From an uncultured Ignavibacteria bacterium (lineage in GTDB: Bacteria; Bacteroidota; Ignavibacteria; Kapaibacteriales; UBA2268): a DNA stretch of 64,000 nucleotides. Each line of letters begins with the position of its first letter. The stretch's first letter is position 1. The translations under genes were made by a program, and so were the position numbers. The DNA is taken from assembly GCA_937127445.1 (NCBI GenBank), contig CAKZLY010000023.1, forward strand, positions 18,107 through 82,106, given 5' to 3'. The notes below the pieces were generated by a model. The model saw only the letters and a program-made list of their open reading frames with translations, ran no database searches and had not been told where the DNA came from. Positions 40,318 to 50,818 of the stretch are shown here, piece after piece.

Positions 40318-41298
40318 TTAGAACATTGCTGAAAGAATATCATTTTGATTGATATTAAAAAAGTAATCATCTAAATTAAACTGGCTTAGAACTTGTATTA
40401 CCTTATCTTCCCTATGTTGTATGGAAACGAACGCCTCTTCGATTTCGAAAATATCTCTGTGAGTAAAGAAATCACCATAAAATCTCAATCTTTGAATTAT
40501 ACCATTTTCGACAAACATAGAAACTTCGAGAGTCCCACCTTCGGTTCTAACTGATTTTGAGAAATTATATTCTGGAGAATAACCGAAATTCCATTCCCAA
40601 GTCGAATATTTTTTTTCAACTAATTCTTTTATTCTTCTAGTGTCTTCTTCGGTTATTTCATAAATTTTAGCATCTTCATACATTTCAAGGATATGATTGA
40701 ATACAAGGTTGATGAATTCCAGCACAGTCAAGGGTGTTTGCAAATGTTCAGAAACGTTTGTAACACGACTGCGAATAGATTTTACTGCTTTATCGGTATA
40801 TTTTACATCTTTTACATTAAGAGCCTGGGTTAGATCAGACATCTTAGCGGAAAACAAGATGGTACCGTGATGAAGAATTCTGTTTTTATAGACGTGTTCG
40901 GCATTGCCGGAGAATTTTTTCCCATCTATTGTTAGATCATTTCTACCTTCGAATTTTGCATTAACACCTAATTTGAGAAGAATATCTAATATTGGTTGCA
41001 CATATTTGCGAAAATCAACAAGTTTTTCGCTTTCACCAGTTTCAATAAAAGTAAAATTAATATTACCCAAATCGTGAAAAACCGCTCCCCCACCAGTCAT
41101 ACGGCGAACAACCTTGATATTGTTTTCTTTCACATAGTCGTAATTGATTTCAGCAAGAGTATTTTGATGTTTTCCGACAATGATAGCGGGCGAGTTTCTC
41201 CAAAGCATAAAAATATTTTCACTAAAATTATTGAAAAAGTATTCTTCCGCAGCAAGATTGAAATATGGTTCAGTTGAATTATTTAGAATACAAAACAT
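40318..41298 (-). CDS. lplA: Lipoate-protein ligase A
   Basis: FNLAAEEY, RRMTGGGAVFHDLGN, GRNDL, KFSGNA, HHGT, WEWNFG. Confidence 0.95.
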   Translation of the reverse strand: MFCILNNSTEPYFNLAAEEYFFNNFSENIFMLWRNSPAIIVGKHQNTLAEINYDYVKENNIKVVRRMTGGGAVFHDLGNINFTFIETGESEKLVDFRKYVQPILDILLKLGVNAKFEGRNDLTIDGKKFSGNAEHVYKNRILHHGTILFSAKMSDLTQALNVKDVKYTDKAVKSIRSRVTNVSEHLQTPLTVLEFINLVFNHILEMYEDAKIYEITEEDTRRIKELVEKKYSTWEWNFGYSPEYNFSKSVRTEGGTLEVSMFVENGIIQRLRFYGDFFTHRDIFEIEEAFVSIQHREDKVIQVLSQFNLDDYFFNINQNDILSAMF

Positions 41299-41376
41299 TT
41301 TTTCCTCAAATTATTCAATAAAACAATGAGGAAAAACGATTAAGAATTGAAATTATTTAAAACCTTACAAATTAAA

Positions 41377-42474
41377 TTAATTAACAGTAAATAAAGCGTG
41401 AATATCCTGACCACTGTTAGCCAAGGCTTTAAGTTTGAATTTAAGAGATTCTTTTAAATAATTTATCTTAAATTTCTCAAAAGAATGAATACCATTGCCT
41501 ACAATTATAGGAGCAATGAAAAGATGGAGTTCGTCAATCATCTGAGATGCGGCAAAATTCGAAAGGAGTTCTGCCCCACCTTCTACTAAAATTGAGGTAA
41601 TTCCAAGTTCAGTGAAAGCGTATAAAGCACTGGGAATATTTAGCTTGCCGGAGTCATTTACTTCAACAGGAACGAGTTTAATCCCTGCCAATTTAAGAGT
41701 TTCTGCTTTTCTTGTTTGCAGTGCATTAGGGCTACAACAAATATAAGTATTTTCACGATAATCTTCTTGAAAAATATTTAAATTTAGAGGCAGAGTCAGG
41801 TCGGTATCAAACACAATTCTTTTAGGATTAATACCGTCGACATCTCTAACAGTTAACAAAGGGTTGTCTAATAAAGCTGTTTTTTTGCCGATAGCAACAG
41901 CATCAACTTCGTTGCGTAAAATATGTACTTTACGGCGACTTTCCTCGGAAGTAATCCATTTTGATTCGCCTCTATTTGTTGCAATACAACCATCGAGTGA
42001 TTGCCCTACTTTTGCAATAACATAAGGCAAACCAGTAGTCATTTGCTTTGAAAAAAATCTATTTATCCATTTGCACTCTTCTTCTAAAATCCCAACTTCG
42101 ACTTCAATACCAGCATCCCTTAATTTTTGAATTCCAGAACCTGAAACACCAGGGTTAGGGTCAACCATACCAACAATAACTTTTGAAAATTGCTTTTCAA
42201 TGATTAAGTCAGCACAAGGAGGTGTTTTCCCAAAATGAGAGCAAGGCTCTAAATTCACAACCAGAATACACCCCTCGAATGTATCACGAGAAGCATTGTG
42301 AATAGCCACAACTTCTGCGTGAGGGCCGCCGAATTCTTCGTGCCAGCCCTCAGCAATGATTTGACCATTTTCCATTATTACACATCCAACACGTGGATTG
42401 GGGCTAACCTTGCCAGTTCCTCTAAGAGCAAGTTCAATTGCTCTTTTCATCGCTGATTTGTCGGTAAAAAACAT
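41377..42474 (-). CDS. ribD: Bifunctional riboflavin deaminase/reductase
   Basis: PNPRVG, HAE, LEPCSHFGKTPPC, SLDG, SKWIT, VEGG. Confidence 0.97.
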   Translation of the reverse strand: MFFTDKSAMKRAIELALRGTGKVSPNPRVGCVIMENGQIIAEGWHEEFGGPHAEVVAIHNASRDTFEGCILVVNLEPCSHFGKTPPCADLIIEKQFSKVIVGMVDPNPGVSGSGIQKLRDAGIEVEVGILEEECKWINRFFSKQMTTGLPYVIAKVGQSLDGCIATNRGESKWITSEESRRKVHILRNEVDAVAIGKKTALLDNPLLTVRDVDGINPKRIVFDTDLTLPLNLNIFQEDYRENTYICCSPNALQTRKAETLKLAGIKLVPVEVNDSGKLNIPSALYAFTELGITSILVEGGAELLSNFAASQMIDELHLFIAPIIVGNGIHSFEKFKINYLKESLKFKLKALANSGQDIHALFTVN

Positions 42475-42476
42475 AT

Positions 42477-43214
42477 CTATTCCAAATAAATTGTCTTAGC
42501 AATTGATAAATTATTAGGTTGCAATGGCAGAACAAAATTCACAAAATAATCGCCGCTGACTAATTTATTCCCTAAATTATCAATTTTATTCCACTCAAGA
42601 TAATAATATTGATATTCGTATTTTTCTATTGGTAACAGTTCCCCAACAACAGCCAAATAACTTTTGTTAACGTTTGAGTTCCAAATAAATTTCCCTTTCT
42701 TGTCGGATATTTCTATTCTTAATCGCTCGGAACTCGGAAAATAAACTTGTTTATTGCTATCTTTCAACTTAATCAAAAATAAGCCAAACTCATAGCCACT
42801 AGCTCTTCTCTTAACATTCGGTAAAAGAATATAATTATTAAGCAAAAAGTTTTTATCATCAAAAATAATTCTATTATTATTCACAATAAAGGAATTTTTT
42901 TCATAAAGTGATGAATTTATTTTTAAAATTGAAAACTCGGTAATTTCAAATGTATTTCTCTGTGGTAGAACTGAGCAGTATGGAGAAAAAACTAAAAATT
43001 GATTATCGGGTAGATGAAAAGTTTTCTGTGAAATTGTGATGTTATAGTCGTCAGAGAAATATGTGTTCCAGAATAATATTACAGAATAAGCATCAGTTGA
43101 ATCAACAAAATAAAATGTATCATCAGACATTTTTGGCTTCTGAACGAAACTACAAGCTTGCAAAAGCAATCCAAAATATGCAGAGAGAACAATATTGATA
43201 TTGAAAAACTTCAT
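42477..43214 (-). CDS. Hypothetical lipoprotein with a C-terminal Ig-like (BsuPI/FlgD-like) domain
   Basis: Lipobox LLQAC; FPSSERLRIEISDKKGKFIW...WNKIDNLGNKLVSGDY. Confidence 0.6.
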   Translation of the reverse strand: MKFFNINIVLSAYFGLLLQACSFVQKPKMSDDTFYFVDSTDAYSVILFWNTYFSDDYNITISQKTFHLPDNQFLVFSPYCSVLPQRNTFEITEFSILKINSSLYEKNSFIVNNNRIIFDDKNFLLNNYILLPNVKRRASGYEFGLFLIKLKDSNKQVYFPSSERLRIEISDKKGKFIWNSNVNKSYLAVVGELLPIEKYEYQYYYLEWNKIDNLGNKLVSGDYFVNFVLPLQPNNLSIAKTIYLE

Positions 43215-43250
43215 ACTAATAATAATATCGGAATTTTGGAAAAAATCTAA

Positions 43251-43293
43251 AGAGAAAACGTGAAGATATGATTAAATCCTCACGTTTATCTCT
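43251..43293 (-). terminator. Long hairpin just after the M16 peptidase stop
   Basis: AGAGAAAACGTGAAGAT...ATCCTCACGTTTATCTCT imperfect inverted repeat. Confidence 0.55.
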
Positions 43294-43301
43294 AATCAAT
43301 G

Positions 43302-46235
43302 CTAATAATTGAAAATTTCTTCTAATGAAAGTTCTTTTATTTCACCAATTTGTCGCAATACATTGTAATCAAGTGAGCTTTTGTTTGCTAAAATTAGGAA
43401 AATATACTGTTTATTTTTGATATGTTTATTAAAGAAATCGTCTAATTCATTGAGCGACATAGTTTTAGTTTTTTCATAAATGTCTTTTCTAATATCATAG
43501 GTGATACCTCTATCTTTGTTAGATAGATAAGTCCAAAAAATAGAAGCTTTTGTAATTCTTTCAGATTCGATTTTTCTCATTACCCCAGATTTGGATTGTT
43601 CGAATTGTGCAGGTGCTTTTGGCATATCATTAAGAAGCGAAACAAGTGCGTCTGTTGCAATTTTCAACTTATCAGGTTGAGTTCCCACAAATCCAAAAAC
43701 AAAATGTGAAAGGTCGGATTTTGCGGGGGTAGAAAATGCCGAGAAGGCTGAGTACGCGAGAGCTCGTGCCTCACGAATTTCCTGAAATACAATTGAAGAT
43801 AAACCACTGCCAAAATATTCACCAAATATTCTTGAATAAGGAAGTAAGTTTTTGTCAAATTTACAATCTTTAGACATAAAAAGTACGTTGGATTGGACCA
43901 TATCGTAATCAACAACAAAAACATAATTTTTATCAAATTCTCTTTCTTTGTAAGTAATTGGTTTTGGATAATCTTTGAGTTTCTTAAACTCGAATTTATG
44001 AATTTTTTCGATTGCTTGTTGGGCAAATTGAGCATCTTTGCCATAATAGAAGATGTAATGCTTGTAGGATAATAAATTTTTGAGAATATCTGTGAGTTCT
44101 TTTGGGTTAATTTTGCGAAGTTCTTCTTTGGACAAAATATTAGTAAATGGTGATTTGCCATCATACATTGCATAGTAAAACATAGCCCCCCACAAAATCG
44201 AATTTTTATCAAGTTTAGCATCATTGCGGGATTTAATAATTCCATCGACAAAATCATTATAAATTTGCTGGTCTGGTTTTGCATTTGCAAGTGTATGTTC
44301 GAGAAGTTCTAAACCTTTCTCTAAATTCTGTTTTAATCCATTAATAGAAATGTAACTCCTATCATCGGAAGTGAAGACGCTTAAGTTTATACCAAGTTTG
44401 TAGAACTCTTTGCTTAAATCTTGAGGCGAATATTTAGTAGTTCCAATATAAGGTAAATAATCAACTGCTAGTTCAGTTTTTAAATCGTGATTTTTCCCCA
44501 TATCAAGAATAAAAGAGAGTTGGAAGTAGTCATTAATTTTATTTTCAATATAATTGAACTCAATTCCATTTGATAATTTTTTTCGTTTAATATCTTTTTC
44601 GAAATCAAGGAAAACTGGTTTTAACGGTGCAGACTCCATAGCCATAACTTTTTTGTAAAAATCAGATTGCGCATCTCTATTCATTTGAACCGGAGTAATT
44701 TCGGGTTTTTCAACTTTAACAATATTGCTGTCTTTTCCTAATCTTTTGAAGACGCAGACGTAATTATCTTTATAATATTCATTAGCAAATTTGACAATGT
44801 CTTGTTTTGTGATTTTTTCAAGGTCGCTTATAAAAGTATAATATTTCATCCAATCTTCTTTCATTGTAAAGCTAATAGCAAAAGTATGAGCAATTGCGTT
44901 TGTTTCCTCAGCTCTCATTCGAGATAGTTTAATATTGTTGATAATTGCTTCTATTAGCCAATCATCAAATTCGCCTTTTTTGATTTTTTCAATTTCAGTT
45001 AAAATTAGTTGCTGCAATTCTTCTAATGATTGTCCTTCTCTTGGAGTAGCAGAAATGCTATGAATTGAATAATCAATATTTTTATCGAGATAAGTAGACG
45101 CATCCAAAACTTTTTGAGATTTAATTAAGTTCAAATCAATAAGTCCTGCTTTGCCATTATTTAAAATTTGATCAAGAATATATGCTTTCATCAATTCAGG
45201 ATTGCTATATCCCATCAACCTATAACCAATAACCAAAAATTCAGGCTGTGGACCGAAAACTTCTTTGATAATTGGTTTAGTAATTGGGTCCTCTTTTGGA
45301 TGCTGAATTGCAGGAGAATTGCCTTTTTTCAATTTCCCGAAGTATTTATCAACAAGTTGAATAGTTTGCTCAAAGTCTAAATCGCCAGAAAGACTCATTG
45401 CCATATTATTAGGAACATAGAAATTATTGAAATAGTTATGAATATTAACCATAGAAGGATTTTTTAGATGTTGTGGATTTCCAATAACTGTTTGAGTACC
45501 GTACGGATGCTTTTTGAACATAGCTGAGTTGAATGCTTCTTCGACGCGCGCTTCATCTTCGTCTTGATACATATTGAATTCTTCATATACTGTTTCGAGT
45601 TCGGTATGGAATAGGCGAAGCACTAATTCACTAAATCTTTCGCTTTCAATCACGAGCCAGCGTTCGAGTTCGTTTGCTGGAATATCGTTGATATAGACGG
45701 TTCTTTCAGTAGAAGTATATGCGTTTGTGCCTTTTGCACCAATTCCGGCAACCATTTTGTCGTATTCACTAGGGATAGCATATTGTGCCGCAATTTGGGA
45801 AACGCTATCTATCATTCTATAAATACGTTTTTTCTCTGTGGGGTCCTTTGTTGCTCTGTGGAGTTCAAATAATTTTGAAATCTCTTCCAATAATGGCTTT
45901 TCTTTATCCCAATTTGCAGAACCAATTTTTGATGAGCCTTTGAACATCATATGTTCAAGATAATGAGCAAGACCTGTTGTTTCTTTTGGATCATACGTAG
46001 AACCAGCACGGACTGCAATATAAGTTTGAATGCGAGGTTCATCCTTCAGCTGTCGTAAAAAAACAGTAAGTCCATTATTCAAAGTATAGATTCTACAATT
46101 TAAATAATCACCTTCAACGTATTTGTATTCGTATCCGTTTTTGTCTTTGGCAGATTCCCATTGATATTGTGCAAAAATAACATTAGTAAAAACAAAAAGA
46201 ACAAGGAATGAACATACAAAATAAAACTTTTTCAT
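43302..46235 (-). CDS. Exported M16 (insulinase/PqqL-like) zinc peptidase
   Basis: Signal peptide, GLAHYLEHMMFKG inverted zincin, NAYTS, FQEIREARALAYS. Confidence 0.95.
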   Translation of the reverse strand: MKKFYFVCSFLVLFVFTNVIFAQYQWESAKDKNGYEYKYVEGDYLNCRIYTLNNGLTVFLRQLKDEPRIQTYIAVRAGSTYDPKETTGLAHYLEHMMFKGSSKIGSANWDKEKPLLEEISKLFELHRATKDPTEKKRIYRMIDSVSQIAAQYAIPSEYDKMVAGIGAKGTNAYTSTERTVYINDIPANELERWLVIESERFSELVLRLFHTELETVYEEFNMYQDEDEARVEEAFNSAMFKKHPYGTQTVIGNPQHLKNPSMVNIHNYFNNFYVPNNMAMSLSGDLDFEQTIQLVDKYFGKLKKGNSPAIQHPKEDPITKPIIKEVFGPQPEFLVIGYRLMGYSNPELMKAYILDQILNNGKAGLIDLNLIKSQKVLDASTYLDKNIDYSIHSISATPREGQSLEELQQLILTEIEKIKKGEFDDWLIEAIINNIKLSRMRAEETNAIAHTFAISFTMKEDWMKYYTFISDLEKITKQDIVKFANEYYKDNYVCVFKRLGKDSNIVKVEKPEITPVQMNRDAQSDFYKKVMAMESAPLKPVFLDFEKDIKRKKLSNGIEFNYIENKINDYFQLSFILDMGKNHDLKTELAVDYLPYIGTTKYSPQDLSKEFYKLGINLSVFTSDDRSYISINGLKQNLEKGLELLEHTLANAKPDQQIYNDFVDGIIKSRNDAKLDKNSILWGAMFYYAMYDGKSPFTNILSKEELRKINPKELTDILKNLLSYKHYIFYYGKDAQFAQQAIEKIHKFEFKKLKDYPKPITYKEREFDKNYVFVVDYDMVQSNVLFMSKDCKFDKNLLPYSRIFGEYFGSGLSSIVFQEIREARALAYSAFSAFSTPAKSDLSHFVFGFVGTQPDKLKIATDALVSLLNDMPKAPAQFEQSKSGVMRKIESERITKASIFWTYLSNKDRGITYDIRKDIYEKTKTMSLNELDDFFNKHIKNKQYIFLILANKSSLDYNVLRQIGEIKELSLEEIFNY

Positions 46236-46298
46236 AAGACACCTAAAAAGATGATAATAGGATTAATTAACAAAAATAATAATAAAAAACATCATTTT

Positions 46299-47252
46299 TT
46301 ATGGAATATTTGTTGTATTTATTATCTCATCAATAATGCTTTCATTGGTTTTTCCATCGGCAAGAGCCTCGAAAGTAATCCCTATGCGGTGGCGAAGAAC
46401 ATCGCGAGCAATATAAATAATATCTTCGGGAAGGACGTAGTTTCTACCTTCAATAAGTGCTAATGCTCGCCCTAATTTTATTAATGCAATTGTTGCTCTT
46501 GGGGAAGCAGAAAAATTTAATAAATGCGCAAAAAATTGTTCTCGTGTAGAATGAACTATCGAAGCAGCAAACTTAAAAATCTTTTCATCAACGAATACTT
46601 TCTGGATCTCTTTTTTTAGGAACTCCAATTCATCTAATGAAATAATAGACTTAGAAATAAAAACTTCATTATTTAGCACTTTTTTTGTTATTTTAATTTC
46701 ATCGTTAATATCAGGATAATTAATAAGAATTTTCATAATAAATCTGTCGGCTTGAGCTTCGGGGAGCCTATAAGTGCCTTCTTGTTCTATCGGGTTTTGA
46801 GTAGCCAGGACCCAGAATGGCGACGGCAATGGGTAAGTGTCCTCGCCAATTGTTACCTGACGTTCCTGCATTGCTTCAAGCAAAGCGGATTGAACCTTCG
46901 CAGGTGCTCTGTTGATTTCGTCAGCTAAAATAAAATTAGCAAAAAGAGGACCTTTTCGAGTAATAAAATCATTAAGTTTAACATTGTAAACCAAAGAACC
47001 AGTGATATCCGACGGCATAAGATCCGGGGTAAATTGAATTCGAGAGAACGAACAGGAAACTGCTTCGGAAAGTGTTTTGACAAGCGTTGTTTTGGCAAGA
47101 CCTGGAGGGCCTTCAATTAGTAAGTGCCCATCGCAAAGCATTGCTGCAATAGATTTTTTCACAACTTTATCTTGCCCAACAATCACTTGATTAATGGATT
47201 TAATAAGAGTGTTGATTTGATAATATACTTTGTCTGAAATAATTTCCTGCAT
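46299..47252 (-). CDS. MoxR family AAA+ ATPase
   Basis: GPPGLAKT, RIQFTPDLMPSD, DEINRA, ATQNPIEQEGTY, DRF, SPRA. Confidence 0.95.
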   Translation of the reverse strand: MQEIISDKVYYQINTLIKSINQVIVGQDKVVKKSIAAMLCDGHLLIEGPPGLAKTTLVKTLSEAVSCSFSRIQFTPDLMPSDITGSLVYNVKLNDFITRKGPLFANFILADEINRAPAKVQSALLEAMQERQVTIGEDTYPLPSPFWVLATQNPIEQEGTYRLPEAQADRFIMKILINYPDINDEIKITKKVLNNEVFISKSIISLDELEFLKKEIQKVFVDEKIFKFAASIVHSTREQFFAHLLNFSASPRATIALIKLGRALALIEGRNYVLPEDIIYIARDVLRHRIGITFEALADGKTNESIIDEIINTTNIP

Positions 47253-47254
47253 AG

Positions 47255-47800
47255 TTATTTTTTCTCTATTTCTCTATAAATTTTAACTGCTTCAAAAATG
47301 GCGATTCCTGCTGCTACACTAACATTTAATGAATGTTTTACTCCGAACATAGGAATTTCGATTGCATCGTCGCAGACAGCCAAAATTTCGTCATCAATCC
47401 CAGTAATTTCATTGCCTAACACAATGCAGCAAGGATAGTCGCTAAAATTTAATGAGGAATACAATCTTTTTTTATCGGTAAGTTCTAAAGCAATTACTTT
47501 GTAGCCATCGTATTTAATTTTCTCTATTGCTTTGAGCGGATTTTTTATGTATTCCCAAGGGACGCTTTCAGTTGCTCCTAATGCAGTTTTTTCAATTTCT
47601 GGTCTTGGTGGAGATGGAGTAAATCCAGTAATATAAATTTTCTCAACAAGAGCTGCGTCGCAAGTGCGAAAAATTGAACCGACATTATATAAGCTTCTTA
47701 TATCGTAGAGCATTACAGAAATCGGATGACGTTTGATACTTTTTGCAGTTTCAAGTGTTAATCTTTCAAGAAGAATTTCATTATGTAAAAGTTTTTTCAT
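47255..47800 (-). CDS. TrmH/SpoU family RNA methyltransferase
   Basis: IRSLYNVGSIFRT, KTALGA, GNEITG, IPMFGVKHSLNVS; start moved to ATG 47800. Confidence 0.92.
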   Translation of the reverse strand: MKKLLHNEILLERLTLETAKSIKRHPISVMLYDIRSLYNVGSIFRTCDAALVEKIYITGFTPSPPRPEIEKTALGATESVPWEYIKNPLKAIEKIKYDGYKVIALELTDKKRLYSSLNFSDYPCCIVLGNEITGIDDEILAVCDDAIEIPMFGVKHSLNVSVAAGIAIFEAVKIYREIEKK

Positions 47801-47863
47801 AAGAAAATACAAATATTTTAGGTTTTTATCGTTTATATTTTCAATATAACAAAGAGGTGTCAA

Positions 47864-50812
47864 ATGAAAAAATATATATTCATATTTTATATAATCCCAA
47901 TTATTCAATTGTACTCGCAAGAAATTATTAATACCGAAGGAAAGGATTTTTGGCTAACTTTTTTACCAAATTATCATAATATTAATTCAATTAATGAAAC
48001 AGATTCGCTTTATATTTTTGTTTCGGCTCAGTTACCAACAAAGGGTGAGATAGTTTACAGAAACATAAATGGTTTGCTTACAACACGTAAATTTGAGATC
48101 ACGGATCCATCTGTTGTTTACACGTTTGCTGTTTCATTTTTCAATTACGAATTAAAAGGATTTAATAACAGCGGAAGAATTGATACAAACAACCAGTGTG
48201 AACGTCTTGCATATCAATATTTCAGAGTTATAACAGACGAAAATGTAACAGTTTATGCGCTTAATCAAGCAAATTTGACAAGCGAAGCGTTCCTTGTATT
48301 ACCATCAGATGTTTTGGGAAACGAATATTATATACTAACTTATAACTCTGACGGGAAATTAAGTACACTTAATCAAATAACAGGAGCAAGCACACCATCG
48401 CAATTTACCGTCTTGGCGATAGAAGACAGCACATTCGTGGAAATAAAACCATCTGATGCAACTTACAGAAATGGCACAAATACGCAAAAACTATGGCTAA
48501 ATAAGGGTGAATCATATCTTGTTCAAGCAAGAATTTCATCAAGCAATCTAACTCGGGATTTGACAGGAAGCTACGTAAAATCTACGAAACCTATTGCAGT
48601 GTTTGCTGGGCATCAAAGAGCCACAATTCCGATTGATTTGCAAGACAACAATCCTTCTCGTGATTTTCTTTGTGAGCAGATGATACCAACGCGAGCCTGG
48701 GGGAAAAATGCAATTGTCGTCCCTTTTGAAACTCCGAGAGAAATTATTAAAAGTGGTAAAGATATAATCAGAATATTAGCATCCAACGACAACACCACAA
48801 TACGAGTTGATAATTCAGAAGTAACCATTAATGCCAGGTCTTTCTTAGAATTGCCATTGGAAAACCCATCTTTTATAGAAGCAGATAAACCTATTTTAGT
48901 TGCTCAATATAAGAAAACGGCAAATTTAGAAGCAAGTAGAAATAACATATCAGACCCTCTGATGCTAATAGTTCCACCAGTAGAACAGTATATAACTTCG
49001 TATAGAGTGATTAATGCACAGGCACCAGGATATGATGAAATCAAAGACGAATATTATAAAGCTTATGAAGAACAATATGTTACAATCATTGCAGATAATA
49101 TTGCATATACAAATGGTATTTTTATTAACAATATTAAAATCAACCAATCACTATTTAAGCAAGTGCCCAATAAACAATATTATTGGGCAAATATTCGCGT
49201 TTCGGATGGGGTTAATTCTTTAAGTTCGGTTGGGAAATTTGCTGCTTATGTATATGGATATGGCAATGCTAATTCTTATGGCTATCTTGGAGGTATGGGG
49301 ATGGCTACTTTAGATGTTATGCCACCTGAAATTTATGCCAAAATAGAATGTTACAAAATTAAAGGCACAGTTACAGATTCGAATTTAACTGATTCTAAAA
49401 TTAGAACGGTCAATTCAAACAAACAAGAAAACGTTCGTTTATCAATAGAATCTTTCTCAGGATTAATTCCGGCACTCAGTTTCAATGCAGAATTAATAAA
49501 TATTTACCAAGATGGTAGTTTCACAATCTTTGCGGAAGATGCACTTGGGCAAAAAACAGAAAAAACTTTTGAAATAGGTGGTTTCACAGTATCAGCACTT
49601 GGTTATTATTCTAATGAAATTCCCGTAAAGGTAACCAACTCACCTACTAAGACAAACTTTTGTTTAGATTTTACATTGTATAATTATGGTAAGTTTGATG
49701 TAGAGATTGAGAAAGCATATTTTAAAAATAGTTCTTTTTATTCAGGTCCCGTTTCGAGACATAAGTTAGCTTCGAAAGATTCGATTTCATTAGAATTCTG
49801 TAATATATACGATAAAGATACGACAATTATAGACACACTTATTATTGAAAATGCCTGTGGGAAATTCGAAGTGATGAAATTAATCGCTACATTTATTAGC
49901 GATACTCTTCCGCCACAAATTCTATTAGTTGAAGAAAACTGCAACAATAATTTTTCGTATAATTTACTTGAAGATAGAATTTATGATACTGGAATAGAAA
50001 ATATCGTTATTGAAAAGCAGATAAATTGTGATATAAAATATGATTTCACAGACAATAAAAACGCTAAACTTTATATAAATGTAATTAATCCAAGAGAAGA
50101 TGCTGAGTTCCGAATAATAATTACGGACAAAAATAATTTGCAAAGCGTTATCGAAAAGATAATTCCTGGCTACACTATTTCCATCGCTTATTTAGAGAAC
50201 GGAACTCCATTACTATTTGATACAACAAGCATTGGGGATTTAGTTTGTAATGGTATTGAGTTTTATAATTATGGAAGCTATGAATTAGTTTTGAATGATG
50301 TTTTTATGTTAGATAATATACACTTTTCAATTCCACCTAGCCAGAAACCACTGAGAATAAAGCCAAAGGAAAAAAGACAAATCGATATCTGCTTCAATCC
50401 AACGGAAGCAAATAAAACCTACCGAGATTCAATAATTGTTGATTATAATTGCATAATCACTAAAATCCCTGTAGATGGGACAAGCAAGAGGTTAGATTTT
50501 TCACTTTCGTCAAAATGCAATGTAGATGTAATTTTTTCAGTTAATAAATCAACAGACAGAGTTCAAATTTTTCCCAATCCAATAATAAATAGCGGAATAA
50601 TTCAAATTCCATTAATAGAAAATAACAAAACGATAAAAGTTGAGATATATGATAGTTATTCGAACAAAATAGTTGAACTTTTTGATGGGAACAAAATAAA
50701 TTCAGTGATAAATATTAGATTTGATGCAAAAGATTTTTGCAATGGTCTATATTTTGCTGTTGTTCATTACGATAATTCGATTGATAGGATACCATTTATA
50801 ATTTTAAGATAA
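47864..50812 (+). CDS. T9SS-secreted protein with an N-terminal IgGFc-binding domain
   Basis: EGKDFWLTF, AFLVLPSDVLGNEY, STKPIAVFAGH, EQMIP, DPLM, SYGYLGG; C-terminal IFPNPI...GLYF sorting domain. Confidence 0.85.
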   Translation: MKKYIFIFYIIPIIQLYSQEIINTEGKDFWLTFLPNYHNINSINETDSLYIFVSAQLPTKGEIVYRNINGLLTTRKFEITDPSVVYTFAVSFFNYELKGFNNSGRIDTNNQCERLAYQYFRVITDENVTVYALNQANLTSEAFLVLPSDVLGNEYYILTYNSDGKLSTLNQITGASTPSQFTVLAIEDSTFVEIKPSDATYRNGTNTQKLWLNKGESYLVQARISSSNLTRDLTGSYVKSTKPIAVFAGHQRATIPIDLQDNNPSRDFLCEQMIPTRAWGKNAIVVPFETPREIIKSGKDIIRILASNDNTTIRVDNSEVTINARSFLELPLENPSFIEADKPILVAQYKKTANLEASRNNISDPLMLIVPPVEQYITSYRVINAQAPGYDEIKDEYYKAYEEQYVTIIADNIAYTNGIFINNIKINQSLFKQVPNKQYYWANIRVSDGVNSLSSVGKFAAYVYGYGNANSYGYLGGMGMATLDVMPPEIYAKIECYKIKGTVTDSNLTDSKIRTVNSNKQENVRLSIESFSGLIPALSFNAELINIYQDGSFTIFAEDALGQKTEKTFEIGGFTVSALGYYSNEIPVKVTNSPTKTNFCLDFTLYNYGKFDVEIEKAYFKNSSFYSGPVSRHKLASKDSISLEFCNIYDKDTTIIDTLIIENACGKFEVMKLIATFISDTLPPQILLVEENCNNNFSYNLLEDRIYDTGIENIVIEKQINCDIKYDFTDNKNAKLYINVINPREDAEFRIIITDKNNLQSVIEKIIPGYTISIAYLENGTPLLFDTTSIGDLVCNGIEFYNYGSYELVLNDVFMLDNIHFSIPPSQKPLRIKPKEKRQIDICFNPTEANKTYRDSIIVDYNCIITKIPVDGTSKRLDFSLSSKCNVDVIFSVNKSTDRVQIFPNPIINSGIIQIPLIENNKTIKVEIYDSYSNKIVELFDGNKINSVINIRFDAKDFCNGLYFAVVHYDNSIDRIPFIILR

Positions 50813-50818
50813 AGCAAT

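Noticed and set aside
43664-44290. 208-aa alternate-frame ORF inside the M16 peptidase
   Set aside because: Same-strand shifted frame of an intact gene, TTG start, no recognisable motif; most likely a codon-bias shadow.
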